From an uncultured Candidatus Thioglobus sp. (GTDB lineage: Bacteria; Pseudomonadota; Gammaproteobacteria; PS1; Pseudothioglobaceae): a DNA stretch of 64,000 nt. Below are positions 22,855-32,786 of the stretch, piece by piece. The stretch covers positions 14,326 to 78,325 of the forward strand of contig CAZLDG010000001.1 in NCBI GenBank assembly GCA_964558405.1. The letters are read 5' to 3'. The translations under genes and the position numbers were made by a program. The notes beneath the pieces are model-generated. The model worked only from the letters and a program-made list of their open reading frames with translations. It was not told where the DNA came from and did no database searches. Every line of letters starts with the position of its first letter. The first letter of the stretch is position 1.

Positions 22855-23044
22855 GAATTTTATATTATATGCTCAAGCGCTGTTTGACTATTTTAAAACT
22901 ATTTTGTTTTAGGTTTTTTTCAAAAATATAAGCCATTGTTTTTTAAAGATTTTTTTAAGTATTTTTTTTATTGTCTGTATATAATTTTTTAGTTATATAT
23001 TGCTATTATAATATAGTTAATTTTTCCACTTTTTTTCACCACAA

Positions 23045-24010
23045 ATGAGCATTGCTTTTACCCCTGGAGACCCGGCCGGAATTGGACTGGATTTGGCCAT
23101 TATTTACGCACAAAAAAACCAGCGGGAAAATCTCTTAACATTTGCTGATCCGGAGCTGTTATTACAGCGTGCAAAAATCCTTAATTTACCACTGAAAATC
23201 ATCGAATCTGAGGCGGTTAAAAATCCAGGTGAGATTTGCGTCTATCCGATTAAATCTGGCGCCCCTTCTCAGCCAGGAATCTTGGATAAAAACAACAGCG
23301 AATACGTCTTAAAAACCATCAAAACAGCGACCGAGTTTTGTCTAGATAAGACAACACAAGCTTTGGTTACTGGACCCATTCACAAAGGCGTGATTAATGA
23401 AACTGGTATTGTTTTTAGCGGTCATACTGAATATCTTCAACAGCTCTCAAAGGTGGACAAAACCGTGATGATGCTAGCTACTAAGGGGCTTAACGTGGCT
23501 TTAGCAACCACACACATTCCTTTGTCTGAAGTGCCCGCGCACATCACCACCGCTAGTTTAACGCGTACACTTGAGATTATTCACAAAAGCTTTATAGCTC
23601 AAGGAATCGAGCAGCCTTGTATTAGTGTTTGTGGGTTAAACCCACATGCAGGCGAGGATGGCTATCTAGGTATGGAAGAAATTGAGATTATCAACCCACT
23701 GATTCAACAATTGAATCAAACTGGTTATCACTTAAAAGGCAGCGTACCAGCTGACACTGCCTTTACCCCAGATGCGCTAGAAGGTGTGGATTGTGTACTA
23801 TCCATGTATCACGATCAAGGTTTGCCTGTGCTTAAAACCTTAGGCTTTAAAAAAGCAGTTAACATCACTTTAGGACTGCCATTTATTCGCACTTCGGTTG
23901 ATCACGGCACTGCACTGAGTTTGGCAGGTACGGGAAATATTTCCCTAGGAAGTCTAGAGACTGCCTTATACTATGCCAATCAATTTATTCAGCGCAAAAT
24001 CCATGCATAA
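23045..24010 (+). CDS. pdxA: 4-hydroxythreonine-4-phosphate dehydrogenase
   Basis: 321 aa. GDPAGIGLD, FSGHTEYL, GLNPHAGE, MYHDQGL and RTSVDHGTA motifs. Confidence 0.93.
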   Translation: MSIAFTPGDPAGIGLDLAIIYAQKNQRENLLTFADPELLLQRAKILNLPLKIIESEAVKNPGEICVYPIKSGAPSQPGILDKNNSEYVLKTIKTATEFCLDKTTQALVTGPIHKGVINETGIVFSGHTEYLQQLSKVDKTVMMLATKGLNVALATTHIPLSEVPAHITTASLTRTLEIIHKSFIAQGIEQPCISVCGLNPHAGEDGYLGMEEIEIINPLIQQLNQTGYHLKGSVPADTAFTPDALEGVDCVLSMYHDQGLPVLKTLGFKKAVNITLGLPFIRTSVDHGTALSLAGTGNISLGSLETALYYANQFIQRKIHA

Positions 24011-24755
24011 GGCTCGAAAACGCTTTGGACAAAACTTCCTAACTGACACACAAATTATCGATCGCATTGTGGCAACCATTGCCCCTAAGATGGATGACAA
24101 TCTACTAGAAATTGGTCCAGGAAAAGGTGCGATGACCCTACCGCTATTAGACAAGGTAGAACATTTAAACGTCATCGAGATTGATCGAGATTTGATTGCA
24201 CTACTTAAAGCCTTTGGCAATGACAAATTAGTGATTCATCAAGGCGATGCACTTAAGTTTGATATTGACCAATTGCCACAGCCCTTAAGAGTGGTGGGCA
24301 ACCTACCTTATAACATCTCCTCGCCTATTTTGTTTCACCTACTTGAGCATAGAGAACACATCCAAGACATGACCTTTATGCTGCAAAAAGAAGTGGTAGA
24401 GCGTATGGTGGCTGCACCAGGTAGTAAGACTTACGGACGTCTTAGCGTGATGATACAAGCGTTTTTTCATTGCGAATTAGTATTTATCGTACCGCCAGAA
24501 TCCTTTGATCCAGCACCCAAGGTAGACTCTGCCATTGTTTATTTAAAGCCGCTGGCACAACCTATGGTTGAACAACTCGAGAGTTTTTCTAAGATTGTTA
24601 AGGCTGCCTTTGCACAACGCAGAAAAACCTTGAAAAACAATTTAAAATCCTATTTAAACAACCAACAAACACAAATAGACCTCTCACAAAGAGCGGAGGC
24701 GCTAAGCGTGCAAGATTTTGTGGTCCTGGCCAATGATTATGAAAAATCCCATTGA
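24003..24755 (+). CDS. rsmA: 16S rRNA (adenine1518/1519-N6)-dimethyltransferase
   Basis: The ORF is open from 23973. The Met at 24003 (MHKARKRFGQNFL) matches the conserved KsgA N-terminus and overlaps the pdxA stop by 8 nt. SAM motif LEIGPGKGAMT. Confidence 0.92.
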   Translation: MHKARKRFGQNFLTDTQIIDRIVATIAPKMDDNLLEIGPGKGAMTLPLLDKVEHLNVIEIDRDLIALLKAFGNDKLVIHQGDALKFDIDQLPQPLRVVGNLPYNISSPILFHLLEHREHIQDMTFMLQKEVVERMVAAPGSKTYGRLSVMIQAFFHCELVFIVPPESFDPAPKVDSAIVYLKPLAQPMVEQLESFSKIVKAAFAQRRKTLKNNLKSYLNNQQTQIDLSQRAEALSVQDFVVLANDYEKSH

Positions 24756-25110
24756 AATAAGCGTACAAACCACTTACTTGCAAGAGCAATCTGATACTGA
24801 GCGCCAGCAATTCGCGCACAGCTATACCATTAATATTACTAATCATTCAGATATTGGCGCCCAACTATTAGCGCGTCACTGGCATATTCAAGATGAAATG
24901 GGTCATGTGGAGACGGTGATTGGCGAAGGTGTGGTCGGTCAACAGCCACATATCTCCCCTGGAGAGAGTTTTGAATACTCCTCGGGCGCAGTGATTAAAA
25001 CCCCAACTGGCACCATGAAAGGCTCGTACTCTATGCTAGGGGATGATGGTTCTCGGTTTGAGGTGGAGATTCCAGAGTTTATTTTGAGTGAGCCCTATAC
25101 ACTACACTAA
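24739..25110 (+). CDS. apaG: ApaG (DUF525) protein
   Basis: The ORF is open from 24718. MKNPIEISVQT... aligns by eye with E. coli ApaG (GEGVVGQQP, SGAVIKTPTGTM). Confidence 0.9.
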   Translation: MKNPIEISVQTTYLQEQSDTERQQFAHSYTINITNHSDIGAQLLARHWHIQDEMGHVETVIGEGVVGQQPHISPGESFEYSSGAVIKTPTGTMKGSYSMLGDDGSRFEVEIPEFILSEPYTLH

Positions 25111-25907
25111 TGGCAGATTATCTAATTGGTGATGTTCAAGGGTGTTTTGATGCGCTCAAACGTCTGCTCAATAAGATTGATTTCTCCCAAGACAAAGATC
25201 GCCTGTTTTTCTTAGGCGATGTGATTAATCGAGGGCCTCAGTCACTACAAACACTGCGTTTTATTCAGGCCAATACTGATAACGCCTCTATGGTACTAGG
25301 TAATCACGACTTTCATCTATTAGCCTGTGCTTTAGGCGGGAAATCACCCAATAAAAAAGACAGTTTCATCGATATCTTAGATGCCAAAGACAAAAACTCG
25401 TTGATTGACTTTTTACTGCAACAACCCTTAGTGATTGAGCATCAAGGTGCTTTATTGGTACATGCCGGCATTCCACCAACTTGGGGCAAAAAGACCGCAC
25501 TTGAGCAATCACAACAAGTACAGGTGCAATTGCAGCAGGAACAGGTATCTGAGTTTTTAGCGCTGATGTATGACAACTACCCCAACCAATGGTCTGATAC
25601 CCATAACCAAGAGCAAGCTTGTCGTTACACGATTAACGCCTGTATGCGTATGCGTTTTTGTACGCAAGACTCGGTACTAGAGTTTGGGCACAAAGGTAAT
25701 TTTGATCAAGCGCCTGAAGGCTATCAGGCCTGGTTTATGCACCCCAATCGAGTACTGAGAGATGCTGATATCTTTTTTGGTCATTGGTCAACGCTAAGAG
25801 GTGTGGATGTTGCGCATATCTACCCAATGGATCATGGTTGTATTTGGGGTGGGGAACTCAGCGCTATTCGTCTAGAAGACAAACAAGTATTCTCTAGTCA
25901 ATGCTAA
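25110..25907 (+). CDS. apaH: Bis(5'-nucleosyl)-tetraphosphatase, symmetrical
   Basis: 265 aa. Metallophosphoesterase motifs GDVQGC, GDVINRG, GNHD and GHW. TAATG overlap with apaG. Confidence 0.92.
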   Translation: MADYLIGDVQGCFDALKRLLNKIDFSQDKDRLFFLGDVINRGPQSLQTLRFIQANTDNASMVLGNHDFHLLACALGGKSPNKKDSFIDILDAKDKNSLIDFLLQQPLVIEHQGALLVHAGIPPTWGKKTALEQSQQVQVQLQQEQVSEFLALMYDNYPNQWSDTHNQEQACRYTINACMRMRFCTQDSVLEFGHKGNFDQAPEGYQAWFMHPNRVLRDADIFFGHWSTLRGVDVAHIYPMDHGCIWGGELSAIRLEDKQVFSSQC

Positions 25908-26709
25908 CCTGACCCTCAAAAACAAACTCAGCAGGACCAGATAAAAACACACTATCACCTACTTGGTACTCAATCCTAGCATCACCACCTCGCAGATGGG
26001 TGGTCACATGACTATCCAGCAAGCCTTGGTTAACACCAAATACCACGGCTGCACACGCTCCGCTACCACAAGCTAAGGTTTCGCCAGCACCGCGCTCATA
26101 AACGCGCAGCTTTACCTCGGATGAATTTAACACTTGCATAAAGCCGATATTGGCCTGATTAGGCAGTAGCTCACTTTGTTGAATACGCTGAGCAATTGGC
26201 TCAATCTCCATAGAATCAAGCTCATCCACCAGCAGTACACAATGTGGATTACCCATCGATAGTACGCCCAGTGTATAGCCTTCAATTTCATATTGCTCAC
26301 TTGGTGCCAACAGTAGTGGTACTTGCTCAGGATTAAACATAGGTATACCCATATCAACACGCACACTCTGATCGTCATTCACCATCAAAGAGATAATTCC
26401 TGAGCGAGTTTCAACCACCACAGGGTTGCTATTGGTTAAGCCTTTGTCTTGCACAAAACGTGCAAAACAACGCGCGCCGTTACCGCACTGCTCCACCTCT
26501 GATCCATCAGCGTTAAAAATAACATAGCGAAAATCCACTTGAGGCGTATGGCTACGCTCCACCACCAGTAGTTGATCAAAACCCACGCCAAAATGACGAT
26601 CAGCTAGACGCCTTACCTGTTCAGCAGAAAAAACAAGATTCTGCTTGGTGTTGTCAACCACCATAAAATCATTGCCCAAGCCGTGCATTTTTGTAAAATT
26701 AATTTGCAT
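25894..26709 (-). CDS. dapF: Diaminopimelate epimerase
   Basis: The ORF is open to a GTG at 26727. The ATG at 26709 ([19 protein letters not shown]) matches the conserved DapF N-terminus. Catalytic Cys motifs GNGARC and CGSGACA. The 3' end overlaps the apaH 3' end by 14 nt. Confidence 0.93.
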   Translation of the reverse strand: MQINFTKMHGLGNDFMVVDNTKQNLVFSAEQVRRLADRHFGVGFDQLLVVERSHTPQVDFRYVIFNADGSEVEQCGNGARCFARFVQDKGLTNSNPVVVETRSGIISLMVNDDQSVRVDMGIPMFNPEQVPLLLAPSEQYEIEGYTLGVLSMGNPHCVLLVDELDSMEIEPIAQRIQQSELLPNQANIGFMQVLNSSEVKLRVYERGAGETLACGSGACAAVVFGVNQGLLDSHVTTHLRGGDARIEYQVGDSVFLSGPAEFVFEGQVSID

Positions 26710-26800
26710 GGTTAATATTTTATCCACTTATAAGTCTCAAGGTTAATGAATAATGCGCTTCTGATAAAATAGAGATATTTGTATTTTTAATCAGCAAAGC

Positions 26801-27154
26801 ATGAAAACACCCAGCAACATTACCCTAAACAAGGATAAAAACCTATTAACCGTTACCTTTGACGGTGTTGACTACCCAATGAGCTCAGAATATCTTAGAG
26901 TTTACTCACCCTCAGCCGAGGTGGTTGGTCATGGCCCAGGTCAAGAAACCCTGCAAGTAGACAAAGAAAATGTCACTATTAAACGCATTCAGCCAACTGG
27001 CAACTATGCCATTGTTTTGTTCTTTAGCGATGAGCATGATAGCGGTATTTACTCTTGGTCGCATCTACACAAATTGGCCACCGGTTACGAGCAGCTATGG
27101 CCAGCTTATTTGCAAAAACTTAAAGACGCAGGTCATACCCATTCGCAACACTGA
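26801..27154 (+). CDS. DUF971 (gamma-butyrobetaine-hydroxylase-like N-terminal) domain protein
   Basis: 117 aa. LRVYSPSAEV...GNYAIVLFFSDEHDSGIYSWSHLH resembles stand-alone DUF971 proteins. Confidence 0.6.
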   Translation: MKTPSNITLNKDKNLLTVTFDGVDYPMSSEYLRVYSPSAEVVGHGPGQETLQVDKENVTIKRIQPTGNYAIVLFFSDEHDSGIYSWSHLHKLATGYEQLWPAYLQKLKDAGHTHSQH

Positions 27155-27162
27155 TTAGCCCT

Positions 27163-28500
27163 ATGGAGTTGCTAGTCTCAACAGCAGCTTTTATCGTCGC
27201 CATTGGTCTGCTGGTGACGGTGCACGAGTTTGGGCATTTTTGGGTGGCTAGGAAATCTGGTGTCAAGGTATTGCGCTTTTCGATTGGCTTTGGCAAGATT
27301 CTTAAATCCTACCAGCGAGGAGAAACCACTTACACGCTATGCGCGATTCCCTTAGGTGGTTTTGTCAAAATGCTGGACGAGACAGAAACAGAGGTTGACA
27401 AGTCTGAGCAACACCGCGCCTTTAATCGACAAAGCGTGTATACGCGCATTGCCATAGTTAGCGCTGGACCTTTGGCCAATTTCTTGTTGGCAATAGTGCT
27501 TTATAGCCTGGTTTTTGTTATTGGCACACAAGGTGTGAAACCTATTGTTGGCATGGTAGAACCTGAATCTATTGCCCAGCAATCTGGGCTGAATACTGGT
27601 GATCAATTACTCAGTCTTAATCAAGTGGAGGTTCGCAGTATTGGTGAATTTTCTAGTGCCTTTGTTGAATCACTGGACCGGCAACCCATGCATATTAAGG
27701 CGCGGTCCAACACCTCAGAGCTTAAAGACGTATATCTAGATATTGATGATACTTATCTTAACAATCCTAATCAGCGGGTTGAGCAGTATTTAGGCTTTGC
27801 TTATCAATTACCTGAGTTAGCAGCTATTATTAATCAGGTGATGCCGGGCACAGCCGCTGATCGAGCCGGGTTGCGCTCTATGGATGAAGTAATTGCCATC
27901 AATGGCCAACCTATTCACAATTGGGCTGAGTTTGTTGCGCTTATTAAGCCTAACGCTGGGAAAGTATTACAACTTAATATTCAAAGAGACGGGCAAGAGC
28001 TATCCTTGAGTCTCACACCTGAGTTGGTTGGGGGTCAGGCCAAGGTTGGTGTTAGTGTGTTTGTGCCGGAGAATCACTTGGACGGGCATTTGGTTAATAT
28101 TCAGTACCATTGGTTAGAGGCACTACCACTAGCAGTCAACAAGGTTTATCAGCTTAGTCTGCTGAATCTAACCATGATTAAAAAGATGCTGCTGGGTAGT
28201 GCTTCGGTTGAGCAATTAAGTGGGCCTTTAAGCATTGCCAGTTTTGCCGGCAAAAGTGCACAAGTGGGACTGGTATCATTCTTATCATTCTTAGCGCTGA
28301 TTAGTGTGGGTCTGGGTTTGATTAACCTATTACCAATTCCTCTGCTTGATGGTGGGCATTTGCTGTTTTATCTCATTGAAATTATCAAAGGCTCTAAAGT
28401 CAGCCAAAACACCCAGCAATTAGCATTTAAATTTGGCATTTTGGTTATTTTGTCATTAACCTTTGTCGCGCTGTATAATGATGTCTTGCGTTTGTTTTAA
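27163..28500 (+). CDS. rseP: Site-2 (RIP) zinc metalloprotease RseP
   Basis: 445 aa. HEFGHF in TM1, two PDZ-like segments, and NLLPIPLLDGGH near the C-terminus. Confidence 0.92.
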   Translation: MELLVSTAAFIVAIGLLVTVHEFGHFWVARKSGVKVLRFSIGFGKILKSYQRGETTYTLCAIPLGGFVKMLDETETEVDKSEQHRAFNRQSVYTRIAIVSAGPLANFLLAIVLYSLVFVIGTQGVKPIVGMVEPESIAQQSGLNTGDQLLSLNQVEVRSIGEFSSAFVESLDRQPMHIKARSNTSELKDVYLDIDDTYLNNPNQRVEQYLGFAYQLPELAAIINQVMPGTAADRAGLRSMDEVIAINGQPIHNWAEFVALIKPNAGKVLQLNIQRDGQELSLSLTPELVGGQAKVGVSVFVPENHLDGHLVNIQYHWLEALPLAVNKVYQLSLLNLTMIKKMLLGSASVEQLSGPLSIASFAGKSAQVGLVSFLSFLALISVGLGLINLLPIPLLDGGHLLFYLIEIIKGSKVSQNTQQLAFKFGILVILSLTFVALYNDVLRLF

Positions 28501-28513
28501 TTCCACTAGACTT

Positions 28514-30802
28514 ATGAGAAAAACCATTACGAAAACCACGCTGATTTTCGCTCTATTATTACCACTTAGCACCCTAGCTAATACCATTAAAAGTATTGAA
28601 ATTTTAGGTCTAAACGCCATCTCAAGAGGTACGGTTCTGAGTTATCTTCCGGTGGAAGTTGGTGACACTTACAACACCCAAATCTCCAATCAGATCATTA
28701 AATCTCTGCATCAAACCAGTTTCTTTAAAGATATTGAAGTCTCACAAGAAGGTGCGATTCTTAAGATTAAATTACAAGAAAATCCACACATCAAATACGT
28801 AGATGTACTAAATTATTCAGACGCGGTATTAGAGGAAGAAGCATTGGGTCGCGTACTAAAAGACAAAGGCCTATCCCAAGGTCAAATCTTTAATAAGCGT
28901 CAATTAGATAAGCTGATTGCACAACTTGAAGCTTCTTATATTTCCAAGGGTTATTACAACGCCAAGATTAGTCAAAAAATTGAAGTTGACGTACAAAACC
29001 GTATTGGTATTGAGCTCGATATTGATGAAGGCGAAGTAGCCAGAATTAGCGCTATGCGTATTAGTGGTGCTCAGGTTAAAGATAGTGATGATCTGCTAGA
29101 TATGTTTGAGATTGGCGAAGCTGATTTTTTCCTGCTGAACTATTTCACTGAAAAAGATCACTTTTCCAAAGCGGCGTTGGATGCGGGTATCGAGGCGATT
29201 AAATCTGAATATATTGATGATGGCTATCTGGATATTAGTATTGAGAAAATTAAGACTGAGCTTTCTGATGATAAACAAAATATTACCATTGATATTGCGA
29301 TCAGTGAAGGCGCTCAATACAAGGTCGGTAAGATTAACTTTACAGGAGATTTACTTAATCAATCTATTGAAGATCTGAATAGCAAACTTAGTATGAAAAC
29401 TGGCGATGTATTTAAGCGTAAAGAAATTATCGATAGTATTCAAGCCATTACCGATGTGTTTGCTGATCAGGGTTATGCCTTTGCCAAAATTGATCCAATT
29501 ACCCGTGAAAATAAAGCCACGCATGAAATTGAGCTAAGTATCAATATTGAACTGAATAAACGTGTTTATGTTAATCGCATTACCATTGTTGGCAATACGC
29601 GCACTCAAGATGAAGTCATTCGTCGTGAGATTGGCATTGTTGAAGGTGGGTTGTATTCCAATACCGAGCTAGATGAATCGATTAAGCGTATTAAGCGCCT
29701 AGGATTCTTCTCTGATGTGAAGATGGATGTTACTCGTCTAAAAAATTTTAAAGACAAGATCAACCTACACTTTAGCGTTGAAGAAACCAAAACTGGCACC
29801 TTCTCAATTGGCCTTTCTCACTCGAATAGTACCGGTGCGGCCTTTAATATGGGCATCAAAGAAAATAACTTCTTAGGCACGGGTAATACACTAAACGCTG
29901 CCTTCTCTAACTCTAGTGCGGTACAAGAAACCAGCTTTTATTTCTCTGACCCGTACTTTACTGAAGACAAGCATTCAATTAGCTATGGTATTTTCTCTAA
30001 GTCACTAGATGGTGCCGAATTGGATGTTGCCTCGTACAAAATTGATGAAACCGGCCTTAATCTAGGCTACGGTATTCCAATCTCAGATGCTACTCGTATT
30101 GGTGCAGAGATGCGCGCTTCTTCTCGAGATATTACTTGTGGTACCACTTTTGCTGGCGCTGGTTATGAACAGGCCCAATGTGCCAGTAATGATAAAACCG
30201 AAGTAAAGCTTAACCTTAACTGGTCAAACAATACGCTTAATGATCACAATTACCCAACCGAAGGTGCTAGAAATAGCCTCAGCTTTGATTTAGCACTGCC
30301 GATTGCTGATTTTCGTTATTATAAGACCGATGTTTCGCACAAAAGCTACCACCCTATGGGTAGTGATCTAACTCTGGCACTTAAAGGCTCTCTGGGTTTG
30401 GCACAAGGCTACGGCGACAAAGACCTACCATTTTTTAAACGTTATTATGGTGGTGGCTCTTCTTCGGTACGCGGTTTTGATTTCAACTCTTTAGGCGCTA
30501 CATACGCCAACGATAAAGCCAAAGGTGGTGAGCTTTCTATGCTAGCCAGTACTGCAGTTATCTCACCGCTAAATTTTGTTAAAGATAGTGATAATATGCG
30601 TATCAGCGCTTTTATTGATGCTGGATCAGTTGAAGAAAAAGCCTCTAACTTAAGTTTTGATGAAATACGCATGTCAACCGGTGTGGCCTTTTCTTGGTTA
30701 ACGCCAGTGGGTCCACTTGGTATTTATGCAGCCACTCCACTAATTAAAAAATCTGGCGATCAAACCAAATCGGTTGAATTCACTCTAGGAACCAGCTTCT
30801 AG
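28514..30802 (+). CDS. bamA: Outer-membrane protein assembly factor BamA
   Basis: The ORF is open from 28463, overlapping rseP. The Met at 28514 gives signal peptide MRKTITKTTLIFALLLPLSTLA. Five POTRA repeats, an Omp85 barrel and a terminal ...FTLGTSF. Confidence 0.94.
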   Translation: MRKTITKTTLIFALLLPLSTLANTIKSIEILGLNAISRGTVLSYLPVEVGDTYNTQISNQIIKSLHQTSFFKDIEVSQEGAILKIKLQENPHIKYVDVLNYSDAVLEEEALGRVLKDKGLSQGQIFNKRQLDKLIAQLEASYISKGYYNAKISQKIEVDVQNRIGIELDIDEGEVARISAMRISGAQVKDSDDLLDMFEIGEADFFLLNYFTEKDHFSKAALDAGIEAIKSEYIDDGYLDISIEKIKTELSDDKQNITIDIAISEGAQYKVGKINFTGDLLNQSIEDLNSKLSMKTGDVFKRKEIIDSIQAITDVFADQGYAFAKIDPITRENKATHEIELSINIELNKRVYVNRITIVGNTRTQDEVIRREIGIVEGGLYSNTELDESIKRIKRLGFFSDVKMDVTRLKNFKDKINLHFSVEETKTGTFSIGLSHSNSTGAAFNMGIKENNFLGTGNTLNAAFSNSSAVQETSFYFSDPYFTEDKHSISYGIFSKSLDGAELDVASYKIDETGLNLGYGIPISDATRIGAEMRASSRDITCGTTFAGAGYEQAQCASNDKTEVKLNLNWSNNTLNDHNYPTEGARNSLSFDLALPIADFRYYKTDVSHKSYHPMGSDLTLALKGSLGLAQGYGDKDLPFFKRYYGGGSSSVRGFDFNSLGATYANDKAKGGELSMLASTAVISPLNFVKDSDNMRISAFIDAGSVEEKASNLSFDEIRMSTGVAFSWLTPVGPLGIYAATPLIKKSGDQTKSVEFTLGTSF

Positions 30803-30811
30803 GCTAAAATT

Positions 30812-31312
30812 ATGCTGCGCTTCATATCGTTTTTTTTGTTGCTAAGTGTTAATAGCCTTTCTTTAGCTCAAGAGCTCAAAATTGGTTACCTTAATATCGA
30901 TCACATCATTAGCAGCTCACCACAATTTATTCAAGCAAATCAATTGGTGATTAAAGAGTTTCAGCCGCAAGAAAATCAACTTAAACAATTAGCTAGCGAT
31001 ATTCAGACTCAAGTGGTAGAGTTTAATCAAAATAAAGACACATTAGATAAAGGCGAACTTAATCAACAGCTTAAGAAGATTGCCCGCCTGGAAAAGGAGT
31101 TAAAAGCCAAAGCTGGACGCATTAAAAAAGCCTTGCAGCAGCGCAACACATACGAGCTGAAAAAAATCCAAGACTTAATCAATCAAGCCATTCAACAAAT
31201 CGCGACTGACAAACAATACGATCTTATTCTTTATCAAGAAGTGGCTTATGCCAGCGACAAGGTTAATATCAGTTCACAAGTCAGTCAAAAGCTTAGGGAG
31301 ATGTTTAAATAA
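30812..31312 (+). CDS. skp: Periplasmic chaperone Skp (OmpH)
   Basis: 166 aa with a signal peptide and a long coiled-coil rich in K/Q/E. Canonical position between bamA and lpxD. Confidence 0.82.
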   Translation: MLRFISFFLLLSVNSLSLAQELKIGYLNIDHIISSSPQFIQANQLVIKEFQPQENQLKQLASDIQTQVVEFNQNKDTLDKGELNQQLKKIARLEKELKAKAGRIKKALQQRNTYELKKIQDLINQAIQQIATDKQYDLILYQEVAYASDKVNISSQVSQKLREMFK

Positions 31313-32310
31313 TGCCTAGCTTGAGTGAAATTGCTATACTACTTGATGCCAAGCTTGTTGGTGATGCATCCCTACAAGTCTCTGGTATTAATAGTCTTGG
31401 TTCGGCCAATAGCCAAGAGCTCAGTTATTTAAATGGTGAAAAACACCTATCAGCGCTAAAAAATACCCAAGCAGGTGTGGTTATTCTGCGTAAAGATCAT
31501 CTAACACTTTGCCCTACCAATGCTCTAGTGACTGGTAACCCTTATCTGGCTTTTGCCAAAATATCACATCTGTTTGATATCCGGCCTAGTGCGCTAGATG
31601 GTATTAGTTCAAGTGCAAACATCGCCAATGCAAAAATTGGCAGTAATGTTGCCATTGGTGAGCATGTTGTACTGGGTAATAATTGCATTATTGGCGCTAA
31701 CACTACCATTGGTGATAACACCACCATTGGTGATGATACGCTCATTCATAGCAACGTCTGCATCATGCACAATGTCACCATTGGCAACGAAGTGGAAATC
31801 CACCCAGGTGCAGTCATTGGTGCTGATGGCTTTGGCAATGCACGCGATCAAAAAGGCAAATGGCATAAAATCGCCCATCTAGGCAGTGTAATTATTGGCA
31901 ATCAAGTCAGTATTGGCGCCAATACTACCATTGATCGTGGCACGCTTGAGAATACCGAAATTGACAATGGAGTGCGTATTGATAATCTGGTGCACATTGC
32001 TCATAATGTTAGCATTGGCGAGGATTCGGCCATTGCCGCTTGTACGGGTATTGCTGGCTCAACCACCCTAGGTAAGCGCTGCATGATTGGCGGCATGGTT
32101 GGTATTGTTGGTCATCTTAAGATTTGTGATGATGTGGTTGTCAATGCCACCAGTACGGTTGACAAAGACATTAACAAACCTGGTGTTTATACCGGGATTT
32201 TTCCACTAATGTCGCACAAGAGATGGCAGAATATCGGAATTTGGTTAACAAAACTTGATAAAATCGTTAAACATCTCAATATTAAGCTCAAAAATTTAAA
32301 GGAAAACTAA
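31312..32310 (+). CDS. lpxD: UDP-3-O-acylglucosamine N-acyltransferase
   Basis: 332 aa with long hexapeptide-repeat (left-handed beta-helix) stretches. 1-nt overlap with skp. Confidence 0.92.
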   Translation: MPSLSEIAILLDAKLVGDASLQVSGINSLGSANSQELSYLNGEKHLSALKNTQAGVVILRKDHLTLCPTNALVTGNPYLAFAKISHLFDIRPSALDGISSSANIANAKIGSNVAIGEHVVLGNNCIIGANTTIGDNTTIGDDTLIHSNVCIMHNVTIGNEVEIHPGAVIGADGFGNARDQKGKWHKIAHLGSVIIGNQVSIGANTTIDRGTLENTEIDNGVRIDNLVHIAHNVSIGEDSAIAACTGIAGSTTLGKRCMIGGMVGIVGHLKICDDVVVNATSTVDKDINKPGVYTGIFPLMSHKRWQNIGIWLTKLDKIVKHLNIKLKNLKEN

Positions 32311-32315
32311 GCATT

Positions 32316-32759
32316 ATGGAAATGAACATCAACGAAGTTAAAAACTACTTACCTCACCGTTACCCTTTCTTATTGGTTGATAGAGTACTAGAGTTGGAAG
32401 TAGGTAAATCGCTGGTTGCCATTAAAAATATCACCTTTAATGAACCACAATTTACCGGTCATTTCCCATCTCAACCAATTATGCCAGGTGTGCTAATTGT
32501 TGAAGCCTTAGCACAAGCCACTGGAATCCTGGCCTTTAAATCTGAGGTGGGCAAGCCTAAGGATGGGCAAATCTACATGCTGGTTGGCGTGGATAAAGTA
32601 CGCTTTAAACGCATGGTTGAGCCAGGTGATCAGCTGCGATTGGAAGTTGAAGTAATAACGGTAAAACGCGGCATGTGGAAATTTGCTTGTAAGGCCTTAG
32701 TTGATGACAAAGTGGTGACCGCTGCAGAGCTAATGTGCACCCAAAAAGCAGCCGAGTAA
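32316..32759 (+). CDS. fabZ: 3-hydroxyacyl-ACP dehydratase
   Basis: 147 aa. [19 protein letters not shown] and [11 protein letters not shown] motifs. Confidence 0.96.
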   Translation: MEMNINEVKNYLPHRYPFLLVDRVLELEVGKSLVAIKNITFNEPQFTGHFPSQPIMPGVLIVEALAQATGILAFKSEVGKPKDGQIYMLVGVDKVRFKRMVEPGDQLRLEVEVITVKRGMWKFACKALVDDKVVTAAELMCTQKAAE

Positions 32760-32786
32760 ACCCAATAAATTCTTGAGGAGAATCAC

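Noticed and set aside
28463-28513. An upstream extension of bamA overlapping the rseP 3' end (MSRCIMMSCVCFNSTRL...).
   Set aside because: The extension is Cys-rich, lacks signal-peptide character and overlaps rseP. The Met at 28514 gives a canonical signal peptide.
31598-31882. Periodic DNA repeats (for example, ACCATTGGTGAT twice, with an 18-nt period) and open frames on both strands. At first glance these looked like a tandem repeat array.
   Set aside because: The periodicity is the hexapeptide (left-handed beta-helix) repeat of LpxD ([12 protein letters not shown]...). It is in frame within lpxD. There is no spacer/repeat architecture, so it is not CRISPR or a VNTR.
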